Positions 1 through 9,346 of a DNA stretch of 64,000 nt are shown piece after piece; within the stretch, counting starts at the first letter, position 1, and every line of letters begins with the position of its first letter. This DNA is from an uncultured Lachnospiraceae bacterium. GTDB taxonomy: Bacteria; Bacillota; Clostridia; Lachnospirales; Lachnospiraceae. Location of the stretch: NCBI GenBank assembly GCA_900320345.1, contig ONRZ01000009.1, forward strand, positions 3,950 through 67,949, in the 5' to 3' direction. The notes beneath the pieces are model-generated. The model had not been told where the DNA came from, did no database searches, and saw only the letters and a program-made list of their open reading frames with translations. A program made the position numbers and the translations under genes.

Positions 1-786
1 AAGCGCTCCCAGTGCCATATCATCATTGTTCGCTATCACCATTTCGATCTGGAAGGGATATCTGTCGATGAACTCCCGCATCTTGGTCCTGCCCTGATCT
101 CTCTCCCAGTTTGCATATTCATCTCCCAGTTTTTCCAAAGAAAAGCCGGCCTTTATCAGTTCATTTGTACATACACTGGTCCGCACCAGAGTATCCTGAT
201 GTCCCGCTTCACCCTCTATCATTACGTACTGTATGGTACCGTTTCCGTTTGCATCTATCGCAGCGAACTTATCCTTATCGCTCAATGCATCGATTATTAT
301 CCTGGCCTGAAGTTCTCCGGACTGTCGTGCCGGAGCACCCACATAATATATCTTATCCCATCTGGACAGATCCTTCTCGACCGGCTCACGGTTAAAGAAG
401 ATTATCGGTGTATCACTCGACATCGCCATATCTATTATCACAGTTGCATCCGTCCTGTCTACGAGGTTGACGCACAGCACATCATAATCTGCCGTTATGA
501 ATTTCTTGGCCTGATCGTTCTGCGCAAGCTGGCTCTTACCCGCTCCGGCAACATCAATGGTTATCCTTACTCCCGTTTCCTTCTCCTTTTGCCTGCACCA
601 CTTGGTCATATATTTGGTCATGCCTTCTACCAGGGTATCATACTCATCATAGGTGAGCACGGCTATCCTGATACCTTTCTGTGCTGCCGGCTTGCTGTAA
701 CATCCCGTAAGCATACAGGCTGTTAACGTAAGGATGAGCGCATATTTAATTGGCAAACGGGAACAACAGCGTCTGATTGTCCTCAT
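1..786 (-). CDS. Galactose/glucose-type periplasmic sugar-binding lipoprotein (MglB-like); its 3' end runs off the window
   Basis: Absent from the ORF track because no stop codon lies inside the window. My translation of the minus strand gives MRTIRRCCSRLPIKYALILTLTACMLTGCYSKPAAQKGIRIAVLTYDEYDTLVEG...YYVGAPARQSGELQA...IQYVMIEGEAGHQDTLVRT...EMVIANNDDMALGAL. That is a signal peptide, an LTGC lipobox and a type-I periplasmic-binding fold resembling MglB. Start is ambiguous (ATG at 786 or TTG at 756). Confidence 0.7.
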   Translation of the reverse strand, partial: MRTIRRCCSRLPIKYALILTLTACMLTGCYSKPAAQKGIRIAVLTYDEYDTLVEGMTKYMTKWCRQKEKETGVRITIDVAGAGKSQLAQNDQAKKFITADYDVLCVNLVDRTDATVIIDMAMSSDTPIIFFNREPVEKDLSRWDKIYYVGAPARQSGELQARIIIDALSDKDKFAAIDANGNGTIQYVMIEGEAGHQDTLVRTSVCTNELIKAGFSLEKLGDEYANWERDQGRTKMREFIDRYPFQIEMVIANNDDMALGAL

Positions 787-1729
787 CATACATATTCTCC
801 TTCCTTACAAGCCTGTACTCGATCCCTGTATCCCTGTACTTCTTCCATGCCTCCGATCTGTCAAGTGCGTAAATTGCCGCAAGATATCCCATTGCATATT
901 CATCGGGATATCCCAGCACCTTTATCTCCTTACTGTACAGGTTATAAACCGCCTTGTCCGATGTTGATATGCAATAGATCCGGCTGGTCGCGTTAAGATT
1001 ATTCAGTGCATCCAGAAGCGCATCCGTAGTCGGGTTATCGAAGGTCACTATAACATCGGTTGCCTCGGATACAAGGGCTCTCTGGATGAACATCCTTGTA
1101 CCTGAGTTCTTCTCATGATCATTTCTGCTCCAGTTTATTATCTTCCCTACACTTCCGTCTATCGCATCCCGCAGTCCCTGTTCACGAAGCGATACACCTT
1201 CCCTCTGTAGATTCTCGGATATGATCGCGACCGTAACAATATCGCTTTCATTTTCAACTATAGACTGTCCGAGTTCATATCCCATTCTGTAATCATCGGG
1301 AGCAGCACAGTATACATTTTCAAACGGCATCGAAATATCACCTGCCGCCTCAACAAAAGATACCGGTATCCTCAGTTTTTTATCCCTCAGGTGATCCTTT
1401 ATCCCCGCGGTGTCACAAGCCGCGATAATAAGGGCATCCGCACCGTCCTCGATCTCTCTGTCTATTATATCCTTCTGCTCCTGCACATCATTTTCGGTCA
1501 TCATGGTTATGAGCGACAGATCGGCATTCTTCTCCGAGCACACAAGACCCGCTCCCTGCCGCATATTCTCCCATCTCTCGGAATCATCACCGTAAACTAT
1601 CATCGATACATGCTTCCTTTCTTTATCCTCACGCGGAGCAAAATCGCTCTGTAATACCACAAAAACAAGAAGGATAAACAAAAGGATCATGGAGATCAGA
1701 AGGCTTTTGTTATCTTTTAGTCTCTTCAT
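746..1729 (-). CDS. Membrane-anchored periplasmic-binding-protein-like sensor partner (XylFII-like, non-transport)
   Basis: 327 aa. It has an N-terminal single TM (LLISMILLFILLVFVVL) rather than a lipobox, followed by a type-I sugar-binding fold (HVSMIVYGDD..., ALIIAACD). Its ATG overlaps the kinase stop (ATGA at 1726-1729), which implies translational coupling. Confidence 0.6.
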   Translation of the reverse strand: MKRLKDNKSLLISMILLFILLVFVVLQSDFAPREDKERKHVSMIVYGDDSERWENMRQGAGLVCSEKNADLSLITMMTENDVQEQKDIIDREIEDGADALIIAACDTAGIKDHLRDKKLRIPVSFVEAAGDISMPFENVYCAAPDDYRMGYELGQSIVENESDIVTVAIISENLQREGVSLREQGLRDAIDGSVGKIINWSRNDHEKNSGTRMFIQRALVSEATDVIVTFDNPTTDALLDALNNLNATSRIYCISTSDKAVYNLYSKEIKVLGYPDEYAMGYLAAIYALDRSEAWKKYRDTGIEYRLVRKENMYDEDNQTLLFPFAN

Positions 1730-3552
1730 TTGTCACCCTCCTCCTTTCCGTAGTCTGCCAGGAGTATCTTGGGAAGGTGGATCGTCACAGTGGTACCCTC
1801 ATCCAGCTCACTGTCGATCATAAGACCGTAATCACCCTTAAAATAGATCTGTATCCTCTGATTAACGTTCCACAGACCTATACCCGAGCCCTTACCTCTG
1901 CTCCTTGCCTTATCCGTAAGGAGAGTCGCGAGAGTTTCCTCCGGTATCCCCATGCCGTTATCGGAAACCGATATATAGATATCGCCGTCCTTCTCATAGC
2001 CCTTAACCTTTATCTCTCCTTCTCCGTCCATATGCTCAACTCCGTAATAGATGGCATTCTCAAGAAGAGGCTGGACTATGAGCTTGATCGTAGCGCATTC
2101 CTCTATATCGGGATCTATATCGATCTGTGCAGTGAACTTATTCTTATATCTGACTTTCTGTATGTTTAGATAATTCCTTGCATGTACGATCTCATCATGT
2201 ATGGATATGATGTTGTTACCCTTGCTTAGTGATATGCGGAACAGCTGTGCCAGAGCCGTCACCATGGATATGGCTTCCTTATATCTCTCCCCCTCTATCA
2301 TCCATACGACCGAATCCAGTGTATTATAGAGGAAATGCGGGTTTATCTGGCTCTGCAGGGCATCAAGTTCACTCTTTCTCTTGGCCTTCTGCTCCTTTAC
2401 CATGTCATCGGTAAGCTTCTTCATACGGCGCACCATTGACTTTATAGTTCTTCCAAGATGCCTTATCTCATGAGAACCGCCTATGAAGATATCTTCTTCG
2501 TTCATCGCATCTTCATTTACGACGCCTTCCTCAAGATATGCTATCGACTCCTCAAGCTTCCTTATCGGATCCGTAACAACATATGAAATGATATAGTTTC
2601 CGAATACTATGAGTATAAGGATTATAATGGCGACCATGAGCAGATAATTACGCATCTGGCCCATGTCTACGGCAAGCTCGCTTATGGGTGTTACGCTTAT
2701 TATCTTCCAGCCTGTATAACCCACTGTCTTAACGACAACATCGCGCTCCTGCCCGTCAAATTTTTCGGAAAAAGCCCCGTCCGCATGTCCGGCATGTACA
2801 AGATTATTCTCCTTAAGAAGGCCCGCAAATATAGCCTTCTGCATCGGATGGTATATTATCTCTCCTTCCGAATCACACAGATATACGAAACCGACACCTC
2901 CGTCATTGACCCTCTCAAACATCTGCTCTATGCCGCTGTAATTCATGTCAACAAGAAGCACACCGTTGCGTACGTTACCGAAATTGGTAAGTTCCACGCA
3001 TCTTGAGAGCGAAACCACCCAGAAATATCTGTAATTACTGTTCTCAAATATGTTCTGTACATGGGGTGTGGAAAAATGGATGTTCTCTATCTCATCAAAC
3101 GCGCTCTGGAACCATTTTTCCTTCTTAAGATCTACTCCCGGCTTCCTTGCGGATACAGGTGAGGCCGCTATTATCGCACCATCCTGAGTCGCACATACTA
3201 TGCTGGTGAGGTTATCTTTATTTGCTTCATACAGGAGGTTCATTTCCTTGTTGATATTCTCATTGGTAAGATCCGTGTTCTTGATAACGCTGTAACACAT
3301 GGTATCGGAAATACCCATCATGTTCCTTATATATGAATTAAGGTTAAGGCTGACCTGATCCACTATCTGCTCGTTCTTGTTGATGGTATTTGAGCGTATC
3401 GTGTTTATCGAATGGGTATAGAAAGCTATAGCCATGGCGGCAATGCTTATTATTGAGATCGCCGTAAATGACAGTGATATCATCCACTGAAGACTTCTGG
3501 TCTTATATGCTTCTTTGATCCGGTTTACCGGTCGTGCAAGGAATTCCCTCAA
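1726..3552 (-). CDS. Sensor histidine kinase, LytS/YesM type
   Basis: 608 aa with two TMs flanking an extracytoplasmic Cache-like region and a HAMP-like segment. H-box is LDALQSQINPHFLYNTLDSV. HATPase blocks are ENAIYYGV, SVSDNGMGIP and GSGIGLWNV. Uses a TTG start preceded by GGAG. Confidence 0.85.
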   Translation of the reverse strand: MREFLARPVNRIKEAYKTRSLQWMISLSFTAISIISIAAMAIAFYTHSINTIRSNTINKNEQIVDQVSLNLNSYIRNMMGISDTMCYSVIKNTDLTNENINKEMNLLYEANKDNLTSIVCATQDGAIIAASPVSARKPGVDLKKEKWFQSAFDEIENIHFSTPHVQNIFENSNYRYFWVVSLSRCVELTNFGNVRNGVLLVDMNYSGIEQMFERVNDGGVGFVYLCDSEGEIIYHPMQKAIFAGLLKENNLVHAGHADGAFSEKFDGQERDVVVKTVGYTGWKIISVTPISELAVDMGQMRNYLLMVAIIILILIVFGNYIISYVVTDPIRKLEESIAYLEEGVVNEDAMNEEDIFIGGSHEIRHLGRTIKSMVRRMKKLTDDMVKEQKAKRKSELDALQSQINPHFLYNTLDSVVWMIEGERYKEAISMVTALAQLFRISLSKGNNIISIHDEIVHARNYLNIQKVRYKNKFTAQIDIDPDIEECATIKLIVQPLLENAIYYGVEHMDGEGEIKVKGYEKDGDIYISVSDNGMGIPEETLATLLTDKARSRGKGSGIGLWNVNQRIQIYFKGDYGLMIDSELDEGTTVTIHLPKILLADYGKEEGDK

Positions 3553-3572
3553 ATCCGTGCTCCACTAAATAT

Positions 3573-5165
3573 TTACTGCCTGTATTTTGAAGGCGATATG
3601 CCAAAATGTCTCTTAAATACATAACTGAAATAGTTTGGTTCTTCATACCCCACCATCCCCGCTATTATGTAGCTCTTCTCGTCGGTCGTATCAAGAAGCC
3701 TCTGAGCTTCATTCATCCTGACATTCGTAAGATATGTAACAAAGCTCATGCCTGTCTCCTTCTTAAATACAGCCGAAAAATAAGATGCCCCGACACCCAG
3801 ATGCAGGCACAGATCATCTACCGACAGCTTGCTGTCTCCGTAATGATCCTGGATATACTGCCTGGCATCCTCCGCGAGCTTCTTGGTCGTATCCATCCTG
3901 CCGCTGCTTATCTTCTCACGAAGTATCCCTGTTATCTTGATCAGCCTGTCGGCAAACTCATCCATAGACGAAAAGCCTTCAAGCTCTTCATAGGTGTTGA
4001 TGTTCGCAAGTTCGGTCCCGCCTATATTTATGCCGTGTCCCCTGGAGAGCCTCAGCAGTTCGACCATGAATTCCGCATAGAAGATCTGAAGCTGGCTTAA
4101 ACTCACCTCGGATCTTTTCAGCTTTTCTATGAAATCACGTATCTCTTTTTCAAGACTGGCTTCCGTCCCTGTTTTGACCTGTCTCATTATATGTCTTATC
4201 TGCTTCTCGCTCACATAATCCTCAACCGAAGAAGACGGATCGACATCACTTATGCAGATAGCCTGGTTCTCACCCACGAAGATCCTGTGGTGGAAGGCAT
4301 CCTTAGCTTCAAGGAACGAGGTATGTATACTCTCGGCATTTCCGTATATCCTGCCGATACCGGCCGATACATTCGCATCCAGGGATTTATGAGCGATCTT
4401 ACAGATCTTATCCATTTCCTCTATGAAAATACTGTACTGCTGTGTACTCTTAAGTCTTGCAAGCACACACACGGTATCAAGATAAACAAATGCTTCGACC
4501 GCCAATACACCCTTAAACCTTTCGGCAACTATCTGCTTAAGAGATACTGCCATAAGGTTTTTATTTAACTTCTCCCTGTCATCTCCCAAAGGCGTTATCC
4601 TGAACGCGCCGCAGCAATAGAAGGCCGATTCTATACGGAAACCGTAATCGTTCTGATATCTCTCAAGATCGAATTGCAGTTCCCTTCCTTCAAGAAGACC
4701 TATTATGAGCTGCTCTTTCATCATCGGCCGGCTCTCTTCATAGTATTTTGAGAGCAGTTCAACGTTCCTGCGCTGCTTTAATTTTTCGTCAAGTCTGCCC
4801 TTTATGCGCAGAAATATCTCTTTAAGTTCTTCAGCGTCAACCGGCTTTAATATATATTCCTCCGCTTCTAAGCGGATCGCTTCCTTGGCGTATTCGAAGT
4901 CATCATAACCCGAGAAGATAACGCTCCTCAGATCAGGGATCATCTCCTTTAACTTTCTTATCATCGTAAGTCCGTCCATGAACGGCATCTGAATGTCTGT
5001 CATTACGACATCCGGCTCGCAGTTCTCGGCAAGTTCCAGAGCATCCTCTCCGTTTTCCGCGGTACCTACGACCGTAAAACCAATTTCTTCCCAGTTTATC
5101 CTTCTGCGTATAGCTTCCCTTACTTCTTCCTCGTCATCGACGAGGATAACCTTATATAAGTCCAT
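3573..5165 (-). CDS. Response regulator with AraC-type DNA-binding output (YesN type)
   Basis: 530 aa. Receiver domain: ILVDDEEEV, DVVMTDIQMPFMDG, SGYDDFEYAKEA. C-terminal double AraC HTH: YFSAVFKKETGMSF ... NYFSYVFKRHFGISPSKYR. Confidence 0.9.
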   Translation of the reverse strand: MDLYKVILVDDEEEVREAIRRRINWEEIGFTVVGTAENGEDALELAENCEPDVVMTDIQMPFMDGLTMIRKLKEMIPDLRSVIFSGYDDFEYAKEAIRLEAEEYILKPVDAEELKEIFLRIKGRLDEKLKQRRNVELLSKYYEESRPMMKEQLIIGLLEGRELQFDLERYQNDYGFRIESAFYCCGAFRITPLGDDREKLNKNLMAVSLKQIVAERFKGVLAVEAFVYLDTVCVLARLKSTQQYSIFIEEMDKICKIAHKSLDANVSAGIGRIYGNAESIHTSFLEAKDAFHHRIFVGENQAICISDVDPSSSVEDYVSEKQIRHIMRQVKTGTEASLEKEIRDFIEKLKRSEVSLSQLQIFYAEFMVELLRLSRGHGINIGGTELANINTYEELEGFSSMDEFADRLIKITGILREKISSGRMDTTKKLAEDARQYIQDHYGDSKLSVDDLCLHLGVGASYFSAVFKKETGMSFVTYLTNVRMNEAQRLLDTTDEKSYIIAGMVGYEEPNYFSYVFKRHFGISPSKYRQ

Positions 5166-5220
5166 TTATGTCCCTTTCGTTTTTCCCTGTTCTGAATAGT
5201 TTAACATCCATACGCCCGGA

Positions 5221-5250
5221 AAACAAGAAGGCTGCAATAAAGCAGCCTTC
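5221..5250 (-). terminator. Rho-independent terminator after the ABC permease gene
   Basis: Minus strand reads GAAGGCTGC-TTTATT-GCAGCCTTC followed by TTGTTTTCC. It separates the transporter operon from the regulator operon. Confidence 0.6.
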
Positions 5251-5279
5251 CCTGAATACATACCGATACTCAAACGCTA

Positions 5280-6461
5280 TCAGTTCTTTTTACGCTTTGA
5301 AAGTACGTCAAGTGTAACCGCTCCCAAAAGGACTGCACCCTTAACGATCTTCTGTATATCCGTAGACCATCCGAACAGTGACATACCGTTGTTAAGTATT
5401 CCCATTATGAACGCTCCGACCACGGCACCGACGATAGTTCCGGCACCGCCGGCAACCGCAGCACCGCCGATATAACATGATGCTATGGCATCCATCTCGA
5501 ATCCGTCACCTGCCTTGGGTGTTGCCGATCCGTTTCTTGCCGAAAGCACGATACCGGCTATGGCTGACAGAAGCCCCATGTTAACGTATACCCAGAAGAA
5601 AACCTTGTTCGTGTCAATACCCGAGAGGTTTGCGGCCTTCCTGTTTCCTCCGAGTGCATATATCTGACGTCCCGCAACAGTCTTACTCGTTATGAATCCG
5701 TATATTGCTATAAGGATAACCATGATGAGCAGAACAAAAGGCAATCCGTTATATCTTGCGAGCTTATAGAAGAAGAACCAGATTATGAACAGCATGATGC
5801 CAAGCTTAAGTGCTATCTGCCATGTCGGATTGACCGCGAAATTGTATTTTTTCTTGGTGGCATTGGATCTGATCTCGGAATATATGAGCAGGACCGAAGC
5901 TATAACAGCAACTACTATACTTACAAGATCAAGTGTACCGTCACCGAACGGTATCTTGGCAACGGGAAGGAAACCTGCTCCGATGAAGTTATAAGACTGA
6001 TCGAAGGGGCCCTTTGTCTGTGCCTGCAACAGAGTATAAGTAAGACCGCGTCCCATAAGCATTGTTGCAAGAGTCGTTACAAAAGGCGGGATGCCGAGAT
6101 ATGCGATGAAGAATCCGGCAAAAACACCTGTAAGCAGGCCTACCAGCAAAGCTGCTATGATCGCAACCCACATGTTCATCTTAAGGTCCATCATGATGAT
6201 ACCTGCAAACGATCCGCATACAGCAACGACAGATCCTACGCCCAGATCGATGTTACCGGTAAGTACGCACAGCAGCATACCGATCGCCAGGATAACAACG
6301 TATCCGTTCTGCATGATAAGATTGTTGATATTCATGGGTGTCAGATTAGCGCCCTTTGTAAGCAGAGCAAACACCAGGTAAATAGCTATAAGGGCAAAAA
6401 ACATTCCGTACTGTTTCATGTCCATTTTGACATATTTGTTATTTTTAGTTTCCATTTCCAT
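5280..6461 (-). CDS. Monosaccharide ABC transporter permease (GguB/XylH/MglC family)
   Basis: 393 aa, highly hydrophobic, multi-TM, typical of the ribose/xylose/galactoside permease family. It overlaps the ATPase gene by 17 nt. Confidence 0.85.
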   Translation of the reverse strand: MEMETKNNKYVKMDMKQYGMFFALIAIYLVFALLTKGANLTPMNINNLIMQNGYVVILAIGMLLCVLTGNIDLGVGSVVAVCGSFAGIIMMDLKMNMWVAIIAALLVGLLTGVFAGFFIAYLGIPPFVTTLATMLMGRGLTYTLLQAQTKGPFDQSYNFIGAGFLPVAKIPFGDGTLDLVSIVVAVIASVLLIYSEIRSNATKKKYNFAVNPTWQIALKLGIMLFIIWFFFYKLARYNGLPFVLLIMVILIAIYGFITSKTVAGRQIYALGGNRKAANLSGIDTNKVFFWVYVNMGLLSAIAGIVLSARNGSATPKAGDGFEMDAIASCYIGGAAVAGGAGTIVGAVVGAFIMGILNNGMSLFGWSTDIQKIVKGAVLLGAVTLDVLSKRKKN

Positions 6462-7983
6462 CTCCCTTTCTGTTATGTGCCATGATACACTGCATGATCT
6501 TCTCCTGCGTTACTTCCGCCGAACTCAGTTCTCCCGCTATCGTACCTTCGTTTATGACATATACCCTGTCGCAGGTACCTATGATCTCGGGAAGCTCGGA
6601 GGATATGACTATGACTGCCTTTCCTGCCTTGGCCAGCTCGTTTATTACACAGTAGATCTCGTATTTGGCGCCTACATCGATACCTCTTGTAGGCTCATCC
6701 ATTATAAGAACATCCGGTTGTGTCATCATCCATTTGGCAACCACGACCTTCTGCTGGTTACCACCGGAAAGTGATCCGACCACCTGATTGATGGAATTAG
6801 TCTTTACCTTAACACGCTGCCTGTAATCCTGTGCCGCAACTATCTCATCATTGTTGTTTATAACACCGTGTTTGGAAAAGAAGAAAGGTCTCGCGGCTAT
6901 AGTCATGTTTTCCTTGACATCACCTATAAGATTAAGTCCGTATGTCTTCCTGTCTTCTGAAATATAGGCTACCGTACGTAAGTGCACTTCCTTTCCGTTT
7001 ATAAGAACCGTTCCTGATATCTTCTGTCCGTAACTCCTTCCGAAGATACTCATCGCGAATTCCGTTCTGCCCGCACCCATGAGGCCCGCCAGACCGACTA
7101 CTTCTCCTGCCCTGACCTTAATGTTTATATCCTTTATTATCTGTCTGTGTTCATCATCGGGGTGAAAAACATTCCAGTTCTTTACTTCAAATATTACATT
7201 TCCGAGCCTGATGTCTTCACGTTTCGGATAACGGTTTGTCATCTCACGTCCGACCATCGCCTTGATAACCCTGTCTTCCGAATAATCATCAACTCCCTTT
7301 ATGAGTGTCTCGATCGTCTTACCGTCTCTTATTACGGTAACAGAATCCGAAACGTATTCTATCTCATTAAGCTTATGTGAGATTATGATACAGGTTATCC
7401 CATGCTCCTTAAGCTGGAGCATTATATCTAAAAGCTTCCGGCTCTCTTCATCGTTCAATGCCGCCGTAGGTTCATCCAGAATAAGGAGTTCAACCTTCTT
7501 GGCCATTGCCTTGGCGATCTCGATGAGCTGCTGCTTGCCCACGCCGAGGGAATTGACAGGAACATCAACGTCCTCATTTTCAAGTCCAACCTTGGCAAGC
7601 ATCTCCTGAGCCTTACGCCTTGTTTCCGTCCAATCAATAACGCCCTTCATGCTGGTACGTTCATTTCCGATAAATACATTCTCGGCAACGGACAGCAGCG
7701 GACTGAGCGCCAGTTCCTGATGTATTATAACTATGCCCTTTGCTTCCGAATCCCTTAGATTGTGAAATTTACAATGCTCACCATTATAAAGGATGTCACC
7801 TTCATATGTTCCGTAAGGATACACACCGGATAAGACATTCATTAGTGTAGACTTACCGGCTCCGTTTTCACCGCAGATAGCGTGGATCTCACCCTTCTTA
7901 ACCTTGAGATTAACACCATCAAGAGCCTTTACTCCGGAGAATTCCTTCGTAATCTGATTCATTTCCAAGATGTAATCCGACAT
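6445..7983 (-). CDS. Monosaccharide ABC transporter ATPase with duplicated cassettes (GguA/XylG/MglA family)
   Basis: 512 aa. Walker A motifs GENGAGKST and GLMGAGRTE, LSGGNQQK signature, and two Walker B motifs (LLILDEPT, VLIMDEPT). Confidence 0.9.
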   Translation of the reverse strand: MSDYILEMNQITKEFSGVKALDGVNLKVKKGEIHAICGENGAGKSTLMNVLSGVYPYGTYEGDILYNGEHCKFHNLRDSEAKGIVIIHQELALSPLLSVAENVFIGNERTSMKGVIDWTETRRKAQEMLAKVGLENEDVDVPVNSLGVGKQQLIEIAKAMAKKVELLILDEPTAALNDEESRKLLDIMLQLKEHGITCIIISHKLNEIEYVSDSVTVIRDGKTIETLIKGVDDYSEDRVIKAMVGREMTNRYPKREDIRLGNVIFEVKNWNVFHPDDEHRQIIKDINIKVRAGEVVGLAGLMGAGRTEFAMSIFGRSYGQKISGTVLINGKEVHLRTVAYISEDRKTYGLNLIGDVKENMTIAARPFFFSKHGVINNNDEIVAAQDYRQRVKVKTNSINQVVGSLSGGNQQKVVVAKWMMTQPDVLIMDEPTRGIDVGAKYEIYCVINELAKAGKAVIVISSELPEIIGTCDRVYVINEGTIAGELSSAEVTQEKIMQCIMAHNRKGDGNGN

Positions 7984-8013
7984 TTACTCTTCTCCTTGTC
8001 TGATATGTTTTAA

Positions 8014-8046
8014 AACAGGGCGGCAGCTGACTGCCGCCGCCCTGTT
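8014..8046 (-). terminator. Intercistronic GC-rich hairpin (partial terminator or attenuator) between the binding-protein and ATPase genes
   Basis: Minus strand reads AACAGGGCGGCGGCAG-TCA-GCTGCCGCCCTGTT followed by TTTTAAAAC. Confidence 0.5.
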
Positions 8047-8073
8047 CTGTTTATTAACACATTTGTATCTTAA

Positions 8074-9189
8074 TTATTCGGCAAGCTGCTCTTCTGTATA
8101 GTAGCCGCCGCCTATGATAACTTCCTTGTAGTTATCCTTGTCAACCGCAACGGGCTCGCAAAGATATGAAGGAACTACGATCTTGCCGTTGTTGTACTGC
8201 TCGGTATCGTTGATCTCGGGCTTAGCGCCTTCAAGAACTGCCTGTACCATGGTAACGCACTTGCTTGCAAGAAGTCTTGTATCCTTGTAGATAGACATTG
8301 TCTGCTTACCTGAGATGATGTGCTTGGTAGCCATAAGCTCTGCATCCTGTCCTGTGATAAGAGGCCAGTTTGCATCTGTATAACCTGCACCCTCAAGAGC
8401 TGACATACAGCCGTATGAAAGTCCGTCGTATGCACATGCACAGATGTCAAGGTCTTCGTCTGCATAGTATCTTGTAAGGATATCCTCACATCTCTTCATT
8501 GCTGTCTGCTGATCCCATCTTAATGTGTTGTTGTCTTCGAATGAGATCTGACCTGACTTACATACGAGTGATCCGTCGTCAAGTAAAGGCTGGATCTGCT
8601 CCATAAGTCCTGCATAAAGCATATGAGCGTTGTTATCATCAGGTGAACCCATGAACAGCTCGATGGTCTTGGGATCATCCTTTGTTGCTCCGCAATGCTG
8701 AACGATGTATTCACCGATCTTGGTTCCTACACCCTTATTATCAAATGTTGCATAATATGAAACAGCATCTGTGTTCATAAGAAGACGGTCGTAAGCGATA
8801 ACCGGGATGCCTGCATCCTTAGCCTGCTGCTCAACGTTTACAAGAGCGTCTGAGTCGATAGCCGCGATAACAAGGCAGTTAGCGCCTGCTGCGATCATGT
8901 TCTCGATCTGTGAAACCTGAGCCTGAACATCATCCTCTGCGTACTGAAGATCTACGGTATATCCGAGTTCCTCAAGCTGTGCCTTCATGTTTGCACCGTC
9001 ATGCATCCATCTCTCTGATGACTGGGTAGGCATTGCAACCGCTACCTTCTTGCCGCTGCCTGATGCTGCTGCGCCTGCATCCGATCCAGATCCTGCATCT
9101 GCTGCCGGAGCTGCGGGTGCTGCACCGCCACATGCTGTGAGTGCTAACATTGCTGTTGCCATAATAGCTGCTAAAACTTTCTTCTTCAT
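8074..9189 (-). CDS. ChvE-like multiple-sugar-binding lipoprotein of the ABC importer
   Basis: Track ORF runs 8074-9261. I prefer the internal ATG at 9189 (MKKKVLAAIMATAMLALTACGG, signal peptide plus lipobox), which is preceded by AAGGAGGA. VAVAMPTQSSERWMHDGANM...LQYAEDDVQAQVSQIENMI...VIAYDRL...YYATFDN closely resembles ChvE-type binding proteins. Confidence 0.85.
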   Translation of the reverse strand: MKKKVLAAIMATAMLALTACGGAAPAAPAADAGSGSDAGAAASGSGKKVAVAMPTQSSERWMHDGANMKAQLEELGYTVDLQYAEDDVQAQVSQIENMIAAGANCLVIAAIDSDALVNVEQQAKDAGIPVIAYDRLLMNTDAVSYYATFDNKGVGTKIGEYIVQHCGATKDDPKTIELFMGSPDDNNAHMLYAGLMEQIQPLLDDGSLVCKSGQISFEDNNTLRWDQQTAMKRCEDILTRYYADEDLDICACAYDGLSYGCMSALEGAGYTDANWPLITGQDAELMATKHIISGKQTMSIYKDTRLLASKCVTMVQAVLEGAKPEINDTEQYNNGKIVVPSYLCEPVAVDKDNYKEVIIGGGYYTEEQLAE

Positions 9190-9277
9190 ATTTATCCTCC
9201 TTATGATTTCGAATTCCCTCTGCGGGATTCCCAATGGATGTATCCACTTTATTACAATCATCTTTCGGATAAAATAG

Positions 9278-9320
9278 AAAATCCTGCATAGAATATATAA
9301 AAATATCCATGCAGGATTTT
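9278..9320 (-). terminator. Hairpin terminator downstream of polC
   Basis: 12-bp stem AAAATCCTGCAT/ATGCAGGATTTT with a 19-nt loop, followed on the minus strand by a T-rich tract (TTTTCTATTTTATCC). Confidence 0.45.
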
Positions 9321-9346
9321 GTATGTAGGATTTTGATAAAACTCAA

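Noticed and set aside
8175-9346. Alternative-frame minus-strand ORFs (8175-8489, 8520-8714, 8999-9346) and the N-terminal extension of the binding-protein ORF to 9261.
   Set aside because: They overlap the ChvE-like gene out of frame, or they add a non-signal-peptide leader. The internal ATG at 9189 has a strong AAGGAGGA SD and gives a canonical lipoprotein signal.
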